From positions 1 through 64,000 of IMG/VR virus record IMGVR_UViG_3300046002_005110: a stretch of DNA of 64,000 nt; one strand, 5' to 3'. Shown here one piece after another: positions 30,444-40,636 of this stretch (positions are counted from its first letter, which is position 1; the number at the start of each line of letters is the position of its first letter). Both the position numbers and the translations under genes were made by a program. The notes under the pieces were generated by a model. It did not search any database, had not been told where the DNA came from, and saw nothing but the letters and a program-made list of their open reading frames with translations. Source of the stretch: a virus.

Positions 30444-31385
30444 TTAACCAATATTACGTCTTTTTTCTCTTTCGCTATCTAAACTATGTTGACGAGTGAA
30501 ACTGGGATTTAACCCATTAGATTCCAAAATATCATCTCTAATGTTTTGAACACGTTTTTCTGTATTAAGAACACGACAGAAACTATTGGTAATAGCGGCT
30601 GTATAGTAGGCAAATGGATTTTGTGATTTAGCTTCATTGAAACGTAAACCAACGTATGTCAATTGTAAAATGGCTGCACCTCTCATCTCATCCACGTAAG
30701 TATAACCACGCCAATTGAATCTTAATGAATACTTTTCACATAGTTTCAAGTACATGTTAGCCAACTTATTTGTAATTTGACCATGATCTTTTGAAAAATC
30801 TCCAGTTTTCAAATCACCAACCCAATGACTTTTACCAACACAAACTAGTGAATTTTTATCATTAATTTTGAAATGTTGAAATGGAGGGAAGTTTAAACGA
30901 ACGTGAACCATATTATCTAGACCCATTTCTTTTGCTAATCCTTTGTCTTCCAAATCTTCAAATAGAATATCTTCTGTTGGTTCAAAGTCAAAGATTTCTT
31001 TTGCTGATTTTGGTTTGGAATTCTTTCTTGGTTGTTTTGGAGCAACTGGTATATGATCCCAAGTCATGACTCTAAAAACCAAATCTGTATTTTTAATGGT
31101 TTCTGGGTCAATTTTTTCTGTTTTGATTTTTACACCATCTGGACCAACTACTTGACTCAATCTAGCCGCTCGATTTTCTTTAGCTTTTTGAATAGTTTCT
31201 GGTTTACTGGTATATTCCAAACTACGTTCTAGATTATTATTATCTTCATAATCTACAATAAAGTCATATTGATGATCATCTAGAGTTTCAAATTTACAAT
31301 ATGAATTTTTACTTGCATGTATTTCTTTTAAAATATCTTTATTGTTTAGATAGTTCTTTTTTGCTGGAATTTTTGTTGTGATCAT
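30444..31385 (-). CDS. gp55: Late-transcription sigma factor (gp55-like)
   Basis: NYLNNKDILKEI, NWRGYTYVDEM, FNEAKSQNPFAYYTAAI; adjacent to gp47/gp46 as in T4-like phages. Confidence 0.82.
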   Translation of the reverse strand: MITTKIPAKKNYLNNKDILKEIHASKNSYCKFETLDDHQYDFIVDYEDNNNLERSLEYTSKPETIQKAKENRAARLSQVVGPDGVKIKTEKIDPETIKNTDLVFRVMTWDHIPVAPKQPRKNSKPKSAKEIFDFEPTEDILFEDLEDKGLAKEMGLDNMVHVRLNFPPFQHFKINDKNSLVCVGKSHWVGDLKTGDFSKDHGQITNKLANMYLKLCEKYSLRFNWRGYTYVDEMRGAAILQLTYVGLRFNEAKSQNPFAYYTAAITNSFCRVLNTEKRVQNIRDDILESNGLNPSFTRQHSLDSEREKRRNIG

Positions 31386-31410
31386 ATGCTCTTTAGGTTA
31401 ATATGTTGCA

Positions 31411-31439
31411 ATTATACAACACAAGGTTGTGTAAGTCAA
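31411..31439 (-). promoter_or_regulatory. Sigma70-like promoter of the gp55-like gene
   Basis: TTGACT-17 nt-TATAAT. Confidence 0.75.
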
Positions 31440-31481
31440 GTGAATTGGAAGATTGGTGAAAAAATACGACTATTATTTTGC

Positions 31482-31489
31482 GCTAAATA
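31482..31489 (+). promoter_or_regulatory. Late promoter GCTAAATA heading the baseplate operon
   Basis: Upstream of a GGAG SD and ATG 31533. Confidence 0.65.
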
Positions 31490-31532
31490 GTAGTAGAGGT
31501 ATTCTATTTAGGGTAATACCGGAGACAACTAT

Positions 31533-33392
31533 ATGGGCAATCTTACACAAAAAACTGCGAGCGAAATAGCTGCTTTAAAAACCAATCAAGGTGAGGCTAT
31601 TAATGCGGCAAATACCATTATAAACAGTCCCAAGTATACTCAGACCGCAGAATTACTTGATCGTGCAAATAAAACGGCAGAAACTGCAGCAGCAGTGTAT
31701 GCAGAAACATTAGCTAATAGAAGTACTACTCCTGAACAAATAGCGTCTGCTAAAGCGGCATATAATGCTGCTAGTGATGTTCGAACATCTCTAACTCAAT
31801 CACTTACAGAAATGACTGCTCAGGCCAATAATTTATTGGCGGACGCCGCATCATATCAATCTTCTGTTGATAGAACCGCGGCAACTCAAACTACTTCTCC
31901 AGCGCCAACACTTGCTCAAGATCAGGCAGCTGCCACTGAGGCAGGTAAGATTGCGGCCTCTCAGGCGTCCCCAAATCCTCCGCCTGTTCTTGAACCTGTT
32001 CAGAATTTAGCGGATTTTGACCCTAATATTCCTACTCCTATAACTCAAGAAATTCGTTCAGAATCAACAACTAATAACTCTTCTCCATCTAACCAAGTTA
32101 CCGGAATAGTTGATATAGGGGCGTTTGATCCAAATGTAACTACATCACGAGAGGATATCAAGACCGTATCAAATGACGAAGTACGTAATTTATTACGTAA
32201 AGATGCTGAAAATATAATACAAGAAAATCAACGTGATGTCACGACAGATGGAGAAATTGGCAATTTTCAAGCGGCTGATGCTCAAGCATCACAAGATCAA
32301 CTAGTAGTTAATGTTACTACAGAAGGTATTAAGACTGTTGATCTGATATCTGGAACAACATATGATGCAGAAACAATTAATCCTGGATCTGACCCAAACA
32401 TTCGTCCTGGTACTATCATATATGATGATGGTAGTAGTTTGTATTATGATCCCAATACAGGTGAAACAATTACTACTGATACTGATGGTAATACATCTAG
32501 TTCAATTTTAATACCAACAACTGATAGTACAGAAAATAATAGTCTTCTCTCTGCAACATCTACATTACCTAATAGAAATCAACAATCTGGTATAGGATCA
32601 CCTAAAGATTGGCGTTTTAGAATGAGTTTGGCACCTAGTGCAAATTATCTATACAAAGCCGCAACTCCTGGAATTTTAAAACCATTACTGGCAACTAATG
32701 GAGTTATTTTCCCGTATAGTCCACAAATAAATGTATCTTATAATGCAAGTTATAGTTCTTCTGATCTAGTACATACTAATTACAAAATATATAACTATAA
32801 AAACAGTAGTATTGAGTCTATCGGTATTACTGGAGAGTTTACATGTCAAGATAGTGCTGAAGCCAATTATGTATTGGCGGTTATACATTTCTTTAAAAGT
32901 GTAACTAAAATGTTTTATGGACAAGATCAAAATCCTCCAAGAGGTACTCCTCCTCCATTAGTGTATTTAAGTGGGTTTGGGCAATATCAATTTGATATGC
33001 ATCCAGTTGTTGTTACAAGTTTTACACATACATTTCCGGCTGATGTGGATTATGTCAATGCTTATCCTACTAATAATAGTGTCTCAATAGGTGGACAAAA
33101 CATGGCTCCATATATGCCTCAAATTGCAACCTTCTTTAGTCCATTGGATAGACTAAGAACATTGGCTAGCAACATTGTACCTGGAGGTAGAGCACCACCA
33201 CCAACATTTATTAATAGTAAGAATATTAATGAAGTAACTAGGGTGCCTGCAAAAATTACCATTCAGTTGACATGTTTGCCAATAATAACAAGACAAGCCA
33301 TGTCCAATGCATTTAGTTTGCAAAAATATGCTAGTGGGGAATTGATGAGAGGAAGTGTAAATTTCGGAAAAACAGGCGGAGGTATTTGGTAA
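31533..33392 (+). CDS. Baseplate/tail-tube initiator-like protein (gp48/gp54-like C-terminal domain)
   Basis: C-terminal GVIFPYSPQI...ITGEFTCQ...PPPLVYLSGFG; long Ala/Thr-rich N-terminal extension; precedes gp53/hub/spike-like genes. Confidence 0.6.
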   Translation: MGNLTQKTASEIAALKTNQGEAINAANTIINSPKYTQTAELLDRANKTAETAAAVYAETLANRSTTPEQIASAKAAYNAASDVRTSLTQSLTEMTAQANNLLADAASYQSSVDRTAATQTTSPAPTLAQDQAAATEAGKIAASQASPNPPPVLEPVQNLADFDPNIPTPITQEIRSESTTNNSSPSNQVTGIVDIGAFDPNVTTSREDIKTVSNDEVRNLLRKDAENIIQENQRDVTTDGEIGNFQAADAQASQDQLVVNVTTEGIKTVDLISGTTYDAETINPGSDPNIRPGTIIYDDGSSLYYDPNTGETITTDTDGNTSSSILIPTTDSTENNSLLSATSTLPNRNQQSGIGSPKDWRFRMSLAPSANYLYKAATPGILKPLLATNGVIFPYSPQINVSYNASYSSSDLVHTNYKIYNYKNSSIESIGITGEFTCQDSAEANYVLAVIHFFKSVTKMFYGQDQNPPRGTPPPLVYLSGFGQYQFDMHPVVVTSFTHTFPADVDYVNAYPTNNSVSIGGQNMAPYMPQIATFFSPLDRLRTLASNIVPGGRAPPPTFINSKNINEVTRVPAKITIQLTCLPIITRQAMSNAFSLQKYASGELMRGSVNFGKTGGGIW

Positions 33393-33691
33393 TGAGTTAC
33401 CCAACAAGCAGTCCTTATTATTTGACACCCGTTGTCAATAACGTTTATTTAGATATTATGACAAATAGACCAATTTTTAGTGATCCAACTGATGTGTATT
33501 GGGAAATAACGGCAACATATAATCTTAGACCAGATTTGTTAGCTAGTGACTTATATAATGACAGTAGATTATGGTGGGTATTTGCTCAACGAAATCCAAA
33601 CAAATTAAAAGATCCATTGTTTGATTTTGTAAATGGTGTTAATATTTATATACCAACATTAGATGCTTTGAAAGCATCATTGGGAATATAA
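33392..33691 (+). CDS. Baseplate wedge protein (gp53-like, LysM-like)
   Basis: RPDLLASDLYNDSRLWWVFAQRNP; TAATG coupling gives the start at 33392. Confidence 0.8.
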   Translation: MSYPTSSPYYLTPVVNNVYLDIMTNRPIFSDPTDVYWEITATYNLRPDLLASDLYNDSRLWWVFAQRNPNKLKDPLFDFVNGVNIYIPTLDALKASLGI

Positions 33692-33692
33692 T

Positions 33693-36224
33693 ATGGCATT
33701 TGATCCAAATCAAACGTCTAACGCTTATTTGCCGGGTGAAGCAGAATGGGCTAGAAAGTCTGCGGCCGCGGCCAATTTGGCTGAAGCTGAAAGATTAAAG
33801 AATCTTAACTTGGATGATAATGTAAATTCTGGTACTCCTAATGCTAGTGCTAAAAGTCCATCAACAGTAAACATTTCTACACCTATTAATTCTGGACAAA
33901 AAACAGGAAAAAGTTTAGTTGATCAAAATTTTCCCGGCAAAAGAAAAGATAATCCATTAAGTTATTATAGTAGTTATACATATTCATTAACATTGTATAT
34001 GGTTACACCTGAATTTGCTAATGAGTTCACCAATGGACCTGCATCTGGTGCATTGTTGGCAAAACGTGGAGGCACTAATCAAGTATTTGTAGTGGCTCAA
34101 AGTGGGGGTGTAAATACTAATGTAGATGATAGAGCAATAACTTTAAGTAAAACGTTGGGTAAAAACCAACAAGGACTTGATTATTTTATTGATGATCTTA
34201 CATTTACAGCCGCGATGCCAGGAGGCCCTCAAGGACAAACTACTGCTAGTGAAATATACTTTAAAATTGTTGAACCAAATGGATTTACTTTTTTACAAGA
34301 TTTAACTATTGCGTCAAATAATTTAAATAAAATAAGTCAAATATCAAAATCTTCAACCACTAAACCAACAGCTGCAGCACAACATTATATTATATCAATA
34401 AGATATTATGGATATGATTCTTCCGGCAGTTTAATGCAATCAACCACCGATAAAACTAATTTTTCTGATTCATCGGCTGCAGCAGAAAGACATATTCCCA
34501 TTACCATTCGTAATATTAAGTTTAAACTTGACGATAAGGCAACTACATATTCATGTGAAGCATTGAACTCCGGAGAACAGGCGGGTTTTGCAAAATCTAC
34601 TGGTATTGTAGAACAACAAACCAGCGTTTCTGGTAGTACAGTACAAGATGTTTTATTAGGTGGTACTGGTGGGGCTGTTGGATTACTTCAAGTTATCAAC
34701 AATGTAAATAAAGATAAAAAAGATAAAAATAAAATAGTTGAAATACCTAATGAATATACAATAGAATTTATTGGAAAAAACAATCCAATTGCCAAATCAA
34801 ATTTACTTGATGATAAAAGTTTTGATTCAAGAACATCTAAGATGAGTTCTGTATCAAGAACAGATGCATCAAACATTAGTGCTAGTTTCAAAGCAGTTAC
34901 CGTAAATACAACGGCCAGAAGTTTAAGTATTGCGGCTGGAACTCCAATTGTACAAGCAATCGATAATATTATTATTAAAAGTGATTTTATAACTGGAGCT
35001 CTTACTAAAGTAAACACTAGTGCACCCGAATCAAAAACAGTCACTTCACCACCTACTAGACCACTACAATGGTATAGTATTAATCCAGTTGTTACTGTCA
35101 AAGGAATGGATTCAAAAACGAATAAATGGGCATATAAAATTACATATCAAATTGGTACGTATGATGTACCATATGCAAGAAGTCCTTATGTTGGGTCAAG
35201 AGTCAAATATCCAGGGCCATTTAAATATTATGGATATTATCTTACTGGAGAAAATACAGAAATATTAGAATATGAACAGACATATAATAATTTGTATGCC
35301 ATAACTGCTGGTAAAACTACAAATGATGCGGAAATATCTCCTACTAATGTTAAAAACACAAATGTACCTTTACTATCTCAGCCATCTACCAGTAGTCCTG
35401 TTGGTGGTAAATTATTTCAAGGTAGTGAAATAAATGAAAGTGTTCGTGCGTCATTGTTTAGTCCTGGAGACAGAGCACAGGCAAAAATTAAAATATTAGG
35501 CGATCCTGATTATATAATGAGTATCATTGGTTGTAATCAAACTGCTCAAGCAATAGGAAAAACATCTGCCGAATCAGCAATTAAATTAATGCATTATGGA
35601 GCAGATAATAGTATTAATCCTTTTACTGGTCAAGTGTTTATACAAATTATGTTTAATCTTACTACTGATTATCAGAATAATGGCGTCATGGATATTAGCG
35701 ATAAAATTCAATTTTATGATACCTCTGCAGTTGCAGATTCTGGAATTAAAGGTATAGTGTACAAAGTAAATAGAGTTGAGAGTAATTTTAGTAAAGGGTC
35801 TTTTACTCAAGTTCTTGATTTGTCAATCGTAGAAGCCAGTCAATTATTACAAGATGAAGATAAAAAAACAGTAGAAAGAACTACTGATACTACGGGCGCC
35901 GGCAGTGGAACTGCTAGAGAAGGTAATTTAACAGCCGCGGATCAAGAAGATGCAGACTTAGGCGCCGCCATAACAAATCAAGAAACCATTTCTCAAGTAC
36001 AAAATTTTGAAAAAGAATTACCAGGCGCGGATGATGATAAGATAACAGTGGCAAATAAACAAATACAAACTGGAGGAATAGTTGAAGATACTGCTAGAGA
36101 AGTTTTTGGTAACGAATCAGTAAACGCGTTTGGTACAAATGCGGGAGGAGCAGCATTTTCTTTTAGTAGAAAAGTAGTAAGAAATAGACAAACATTGGCA
36201 CCTGGACAACAGGCAGAGGAATAA
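33693..36224 (+). CDS. Baseplate hub protein (gp27/VgrG N-terminal-like)
   Basis: IKILGDPDY and YKVNRVESNFSKGSFTQVL motifs; lies between gp53-like and gp5-like genes. Confidence 0.6.
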   Translation: MAFDPNQTSNAYLPGEAEWARKSAAAANLAEAERLKNLNLDDNVNSGTPNASAKSPSTVNISTPINSGQKTGKSLVDQNFPGKRKDNPLSYYSSYTYSLTLYMVTPEFANEFTNGPASGALLAKRGGTNQVFVVAQSGGVNTNVDDRAITLSKTLGKNQQGLDYFIDDLTFTAAMPGGPQGQTTASEIYFKIVEPNGFTFLQDLTIASNNLNKISQISKSSTTKPTAAAQHYIISIRYYGYDSSGSLMQSTTDKTNFSDSSAAAERHIPITIRNIKFKLDDKATTYSCEALNSGEQAGFAKSTGIVEQQTSVSGSTVQDVLLGGTGGAVGLLQVINNVNKDKKDKNKIVEIPNEYTIEFIGKNNPIAKSNLLDDKSFDSRTSKMSSVSRTDASNISASFKAVTVNTTARSLSIAAGTPIVQAIDNIIIKSDFITGALTKVNTSAPESKTVTSPPTRPLQWYSINPVVTVKGMDSKTNKWAYKITYQIGTYDVPYARSPYVGSRVKYPGPFKYYGYYLTGENTEILEYEQTYNNLYAITAGKTTNDAEISPTNVKNTNVPLLSQPSTSSPVGGKLFQGSEINESVRASLFSPGDRAQAKIKILGDPDYIMSIIGCNQTAQAIGKTSAESAIKLMHYGADNSINPFTGQVFIQIMFNLTTDYQNNGVMDISDKIQFYDTSAVADSGIKGIVYKVNRVESNFSKGSFTQVLDLSIVEASQLLQDEDKKTVERTTDTTGAGSGTAREGNLTAADQEDADLGAAITNQETISQVQNFEKELPGADDDKITVANKQIQTGGIVEDTAREVFGNESVNAFGTNAGGAAFSFSRKVVRNRQTLAPGQQAEE

Positions 36225-36225
36225 C

Positions 36226-39200
36226 ATGGCACAAGATACCCAACAACGAACAGGGTCCCCTAATAATTATCAAAGTGATCGTGGCGGCGCCACACTTATT
36301 TCCGAGGCAGTTATTGGAATAGTTAAAAATAACGTTGACCCATCACATAGCGGAAGAGTTCAAGTATATATTGCAAAATTTGGTGGTAGTGATCCTAATG
36401 ACAATAAAAGTTGGATTACAGTTAGTTATTTGAGTCCATTTTATGGAGTATCGGGACCAGGAAATAATCCAGCAGAAGGCGGGTCAGCAGAAGGTTACGG
36501 AAAGTTTGTTGGTAATCCTCAAAGTTTTGGATTTTGGTCAGGTGCACCAGAAATTGGCACTCAAGTTCTTTGTATATTTGTTGATGGTGATACTCAAAAC
36601 GGATTTTATTTGGGTTGTGTTCCTCAGGCCGGTTTACTTAGTATGACACCAGCACTTGGTAGTAGTAAAGTAATTGTCCCTAATGACGGAGAAGCTAAAA
36701 CATATGGTGGGGCGGATAGATTACCGGCCGGAGAAGTAAACACAACTAATCCTAATATTAAGAATAGTGGTACTATAGTAACTGATCCAAAACCAGTGCA
36801 TAGTTATCAAGCAGCAATATTATTTCAACAGGGTCTAATTAGAGACAATGCGCGTGGAGTTATCAGTAGTAGTGCTCAACGAGAAACACCTAGTAAAGTA
36901 TTTGGCATCAGTACTCCCGGCGGGCCAATATATGAAGGTGGATATAATAACAGTACTATCAAAACTGCAGCCACCGAGTCATCTAATCCAACAAAATTAG
37001 ATGTGATTGGTAGAACCGGCGGTCATAGTTTTGTTATGGACGATGGTGATTTACAGGGACAAGATCAATTAACAAGAATTAGAACCGCCAGTGGTCATAT
37101 GATAATGATGAATGATAGTTCTCAATCATTGTTTATCATTCACGCTAATGGTCAAAGTTGGGTAGAATTGGGTAAAGAAGGTACGGTTGATATGTATGCC
37201 TCTAACTCAGTTAACATTAGAACTCAAGGTGATCTTAACTTACATGCAGATCGTGATTTGAATTTACATGCCAATAGAAACTTTACATTATATGGTAAAA
37301 ATCTAAACATGGAATCTGATAATGATATGAATATCAGAAGCGGTGCCAATTTTAGTCAATATGCTAGTTCAAATTATACAGTTAAAAGTGGTAGTGATCT
37401 GGCATTGTTTGGTGGCGGTTCTACTAGTTTAGCTGGTAGTGGATCTACGTATGTAAATGGAAAAAAGATATATTTAAACAGCGGAAATGGTGGTACAACA
37501 CCAGCTGAAGTTCCAGTAATACCAAAAGTTAATCACCCAGATACAACGTATAGTACAGAAAAAGGATGGATGTATCCAAGTCCAAATGCTTTACTATCGG
37601 TTACCAGTAGAGCACCAACTCATATGCCTTGGATTGCAAGTGGAAAAGGTGTTGATGTTAGTGTTTCTAGCAGTACTAATAGTAGTACTTCGACAACCAC
37701 TCCAGCGGTTGCTCAAGTAAATAATAACACTCCTAGTGTGCCAAAAAGTCCTACAAATGCTGCTATTACTAGTACGGTACCACCACAAAAGGGAAGCATC
37801 ATACCTGATCTTAATGGATCGGCAGTTACTGCTCTTACTGGACAAAATGCTGCCTCTAACAGTACATTACCTAGTGGTGCACCTCCGGCAAAAGCAATTA
37901 AAGGAACCGGAACATCAGCAGTTGTCTCTCCAGTTACATTAATGCCATTAATGTTTGTATTAAATGAAACAATAACTGAAAATGGCCAGTCAGTTTCTCC
38001 TTTTGAACCTTCATCAAATTCTAAACGAGCAAATGGAGTTCTTGATGGACCAGGGGGTTTAACGTTAGAACAAGCATGTGGTCCTGGTATGGCAATAAAA
38101 CCTGGTTCGCAAGAATTACTTCAAACTAGACTTGCTCAAGGTATGCCAATGGATAAAGCAATACAAGGTTTAGTAACTGGTAATCTTGGTGCCACTGACG
38201 CTTATAAATTATTAACTAATGTTAAAGTTCAAACTCAAATTATTGCTGGTAGTATCAATAATTCTGCTACAAGTTTAGTAAATTCTGGAATATTAACTGG
38301 TACAGAAAGTGCTGGTCAGGCTGGAGGATTAGTATTAGCCTCTTCTAATTTTGGTGTTAACGCTGTTACCGGAATAGTTAATGGTACTGTAGGAACAGTT
38401 ACTGGAATTGCACAGGGAGTTACCAATGTTATAACTGGAACAATTGGGACAGTAACCGCTATTGCTGGTGGAATTTCAACGGCCTCCAGTAAAATATCAG
38501 ATATGATGGCTGGAGGTAAATTTGCCGGACAATTAAGTGATAGTATTAGTAATGGAGTTACTGGATTAGCTAATAGTGTCTCTGGAGCCATTTCAACTAG
38601 TGTTGATAATTTAGGAAAAAGTTTATCTGGTTTAGTAACTGGACTAGAAAGTACATTAAGAGGTGCCTTCAAAACGGTAGAAGCATCATTTAAGAATCTT
38701 ACTGCTAATACTCCAAATATATTAGGCGGAAAAGGTAATGCTAGTAGTGTTACTGATTTGACAACTCCCGGCGCGAAATATGAATCCTCACAGGCTGCAT
38801 TGGATTTAGCACAATCTAAATATGATGATGCTAGAGCTGCATATAGAAATAATCCAGATGATATAAACTCAATTGTATTAAGTTCTGCTGAATCAGAATT
38901 ATCTGACGCTAGAAAGAAAGCGGCTAGTGCATCATTAGGAATTATAACTGGTGGAGTAGATTCTGTTATATCTGGAGTTAGTAATGCAGTTAAATCTGCC
39001 ACATCTACTATTTCAAATATATTTACGGGTCCTGCAACAACACTTAATAGCGGAATAAACTCATTACCTGGGGGTTCTGGATCAATCGTTAATACTGTCA
39101 GTGAAGGTAATACAAATGTTGTCAACAATGTTAAGAATAGTATTACTTCTTCCGCTAGTACAGTAACTGGTTCTACAACAGCATCAAATTCATTATCTAA

Positions 39201-39999
39201 TCCAACTGGGTTAGTTGGAAACTTAGTTAATAATACTACTAATGTCGTTACTGGTGTTGTAGGCGGAGTTGTTAATACAGCCACTGGACTTGTTACTGGA
39301 GTTATAAATACAGCAACAAATTTAGTAACGGGAACAGTGAACGCCGCGGTAGGTTTAGTAAATGGAGTTCTTGCTCTACCAGGCGCAATTGTCAAGTCAA
39401 TCACTGCAACAGCAAATGGAATATTAAGTAGTATTCAAACTGCTATAGCAAGTTTTGGTAACATGGGCGGGCAAATCAAGTCGGCAATTCAGGCTGTTGA
39501 AACTTTTAGTAAAACTGATATGACATCAAAAATTGGGGTTAATATGGGAGATCCAAGAATACCAATCCCACTAACACTTACTAAATCTTCATCTCCGGAA
39601 GTGAGAGATCAAGGAACAACTGCAAATGATTCAGCATTAGATCAACAGGCTAAATTATTACAAAAAATAAACGATATTAAATCACAAATAAGTCAGACTC
39701 GCGCCAAGATTCGTCAAGAAAATAGAGAAGATGCTGGTTTTCTTACTAAACTATCTACTTTAAATAAAATAGAAAGTTTAGAAAGAGATTTAGAAAAAGC
39801 CAATAAAGAATATCAAGCGTTAGTATCTAATCAGAATCAAGCGCCACCAGCGGACCCACCTCCAGTGACTGCTACATCAGAAGTTACACCAAATGGATGG
39901 AATGTTAGTTCTTCTAAAACGTCAATATTTGCAGATGGTAAAGGGGCAGTAGTAAATCTTACGCCAGAACAATTTAATGCTAGATATGGTAACAAATAA
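36226..39999 (+). CDS. Baseplate central spike (gp5/VgrG-like) with long C-terminal extension
   Basis: OB-fold GIVKNNVDPSHSGRVQVYI...PEIGTQV, GHSFVMDDG, beta-helix repeats ending GKKIYLNSG. Confidence 0.8.
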   Translation: MAQDTQQRTGSPNNYQSDRGGATLISEAVIGIVKNNVDPSHSGRVQVYIAKFGGSDPNDNKSWITVSYLSPFYGVSGPGNNPAEGGSAEGYGKFVGNPQSFGFWSGAPEIGTQVLCIFVDGDTQNGFYLGCVPQAGLLSMTPALGSSKVIVPNDGEAKTYGGADRLPAGEVNTTNPNIKNSGTIVTDPKPVHSYQAAILFQQGLIRDNARGVISSSAQRETPSKVFGISTPGGPIYEGGYNNSTIKTAATESSNPTKLDVIGRTGGHSFVMDDGDLQGQDQLTRIRTASGHMIMMNDSSQSLFIIHANGQSWVELGKEGTVDMYASNSVNIRTQGDLNLHADRDLNLHANRNFTLYGKNLNMESDNDMNIRSGANFSQYASSNYTVKSGSDLALFGGGSTSLAGSGSTYVNGKKIYLNSGNGGTTPAEVPVIPKVNHPDTTYSTEKGWMYPSPNALLSVTSRAPTHMPWIASGKGVDVSVSSSTNSSTSTTTPAVAQVNNNTPSVPKSPTNAAITSTVPPQKGSIIPDLNGSAVTALTGQNAASNSTLPSGAPPAKAIKGTGTSAVVSPVTLMPLMFVLNETITENGQSVSPFEPSSNSKRANGVLDGPGGLTLEQACGPGMAIKPGSQELLQTRLAQGMPMDKAIQGLVTGNLGATDAYKLLTNVKVQTQIIAGSINNSATSLVNSGILTGTESAGQAGGLVLASSNFGVNAVTGIVNGTVGTVTGIAQGVTNVITGTIGTVTAIAGGISTASSKISDMMAGGKFAGQLSDSISNGVTGLANSVSGAISTSVDNLGKSLSGLVTGLESTLRGAFKTVEASFKNLTANTPNILGGKGNASSVTDLTTPGAKYESSQAALDLAQSKYDDARAAYRNNPDDINSIVLSSAESELSDARKKAASASLGIITGGVDSVISGVSNAVKSATSTISNIFTGPATTLNSGINSLPGGSGSIVNTVSEGNTNVVNNVKNSITSSASTVTGSTTASNSLSNPTGLVGNLVNNTTNVVTGVVGGVVNTATGLVTGVINTATNLVTGTVNAAVGLVNGVLALPGAIVKSITATANGILSSIQTAIASFGNMGGQIKSAIQAVETFSKTDMTSKIGVNMGDPRIPIPLTLTKSSSPEVRDQGTTANDSALDQQAKLLQKINDIKSQISQTRAKIRQENREDAGFLTKLSTLNKIESLERDLEKANKEYQALVSNQNQAPPADPPPVTATSEVTPNGWNVSSSKTSIFADGKGAVVNLTPEQFNARYGNK

Positions 40000-40013
40000 A
40001 ATAAGGAAATAAA

Positions 40014-40466
40014 ATGCCAACATATAAGGGATTTTCAACACAAAACGTTAATCAACCATTATCATTAGTTAGAGCTGGTGTATATGGCGGAGTGGGATCC
40101 ATAACTGTTCAACCGAGAATAGGTAAAAAGTTTGCGCTTTCAGATCAAAATTTAGTAATTAGAGATTTACTTAATGCTCTAAGTATTAAACAAGGGGATA
40201 AAGTAGGACAACCAACTTATGGTACAACATTATGGTCTTATTTGTTTGAATCAAGTACACAAGACACTCAACAGGCAATTGAAGATGAAGTTCGTAGAGT
40301 TATAAATTTAGATCCTAGAATCATCTTGAACAGTGTTGGTGTATATGTTCAAGAGAATGGTGTATTATTACAAATTGAAATGGCGTTTAATCCATTTAAT
40401 GTGGCAACTCAAGTTGATTTTTTCTTAAATCGATATGATGGGTCTATTCAGCAACTGGCTCAATAA
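40014..40466 (+). CDS. gp25: Baseplate wedge/sheath initiator (gp25-like)
   Basis: YKGFST, DLLNAL..KQGDKVGQPTYGT.LW.YLFE, DPRI. Confidence 0.88.
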   Translation: MPTYKGFSTQNVNQPLSLVRAGVYGGVGSITVQPRIGKKFALSDQNLVIRDLLNALSIKQGDKVGQPTYGTTLWSYLFESSTQDTQQAIEDEVRRVINLDPRIILNSVGVYVQENGVLLQIEMAFNPFNVATQVDFFLNRYDGSIQQLAQ

Positions 40467-40484
40467 CTGATGATATTTTTTTGT

Positions 40485-40492
40485 GATAAATA
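40485..40492 (+). promoter_or_regulatory. Late promoter GATAAATA
   Basis: Intergenic, upstream of the GIY-YIG remnant and the gp6-like gene. Confidence 0.6.
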
Positions 40493-40503
40493 TATGATAT
40501 TCC

Positions 40504-40635
40504 ATGGACATTAATATAATGTGTGTTTACACGATCTATAAAGCAACTAATATTGTAAATAATAAAGTTTATATAGGATTTACTTCATTGACTTTAGATG
40601 AACGTTCATGGAAAATTTTAAGGACGGAAGAATAA
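40504..40635 (+). pseudogene. Truncated GIY-YIG homing endonuclease remnant
   Basis: 43-aa ORF MDINIMCVYTIYKATNIVNNKVYIGFTSLTLDERSWKILRTEE; only the N-terminal IY...YIG motif remains. Confidence 0.75.
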
Positions 40636-40636
40636 C

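Noticed and set aside
38316-39404. 362-aa antisense ORF inside the gp5-like gene
   Set aside because: Explained by the low-complexity Gly/Val/Thr codon pattern of the sense gene; no SD or promoter motif
40595-40609. TAGATGAACGTTCAT resembles the first hairpin at 25921 without its loop
   Set aside because: It falls in the LDER codons expected in a GIY-YIG N-terminus; probably coincidental
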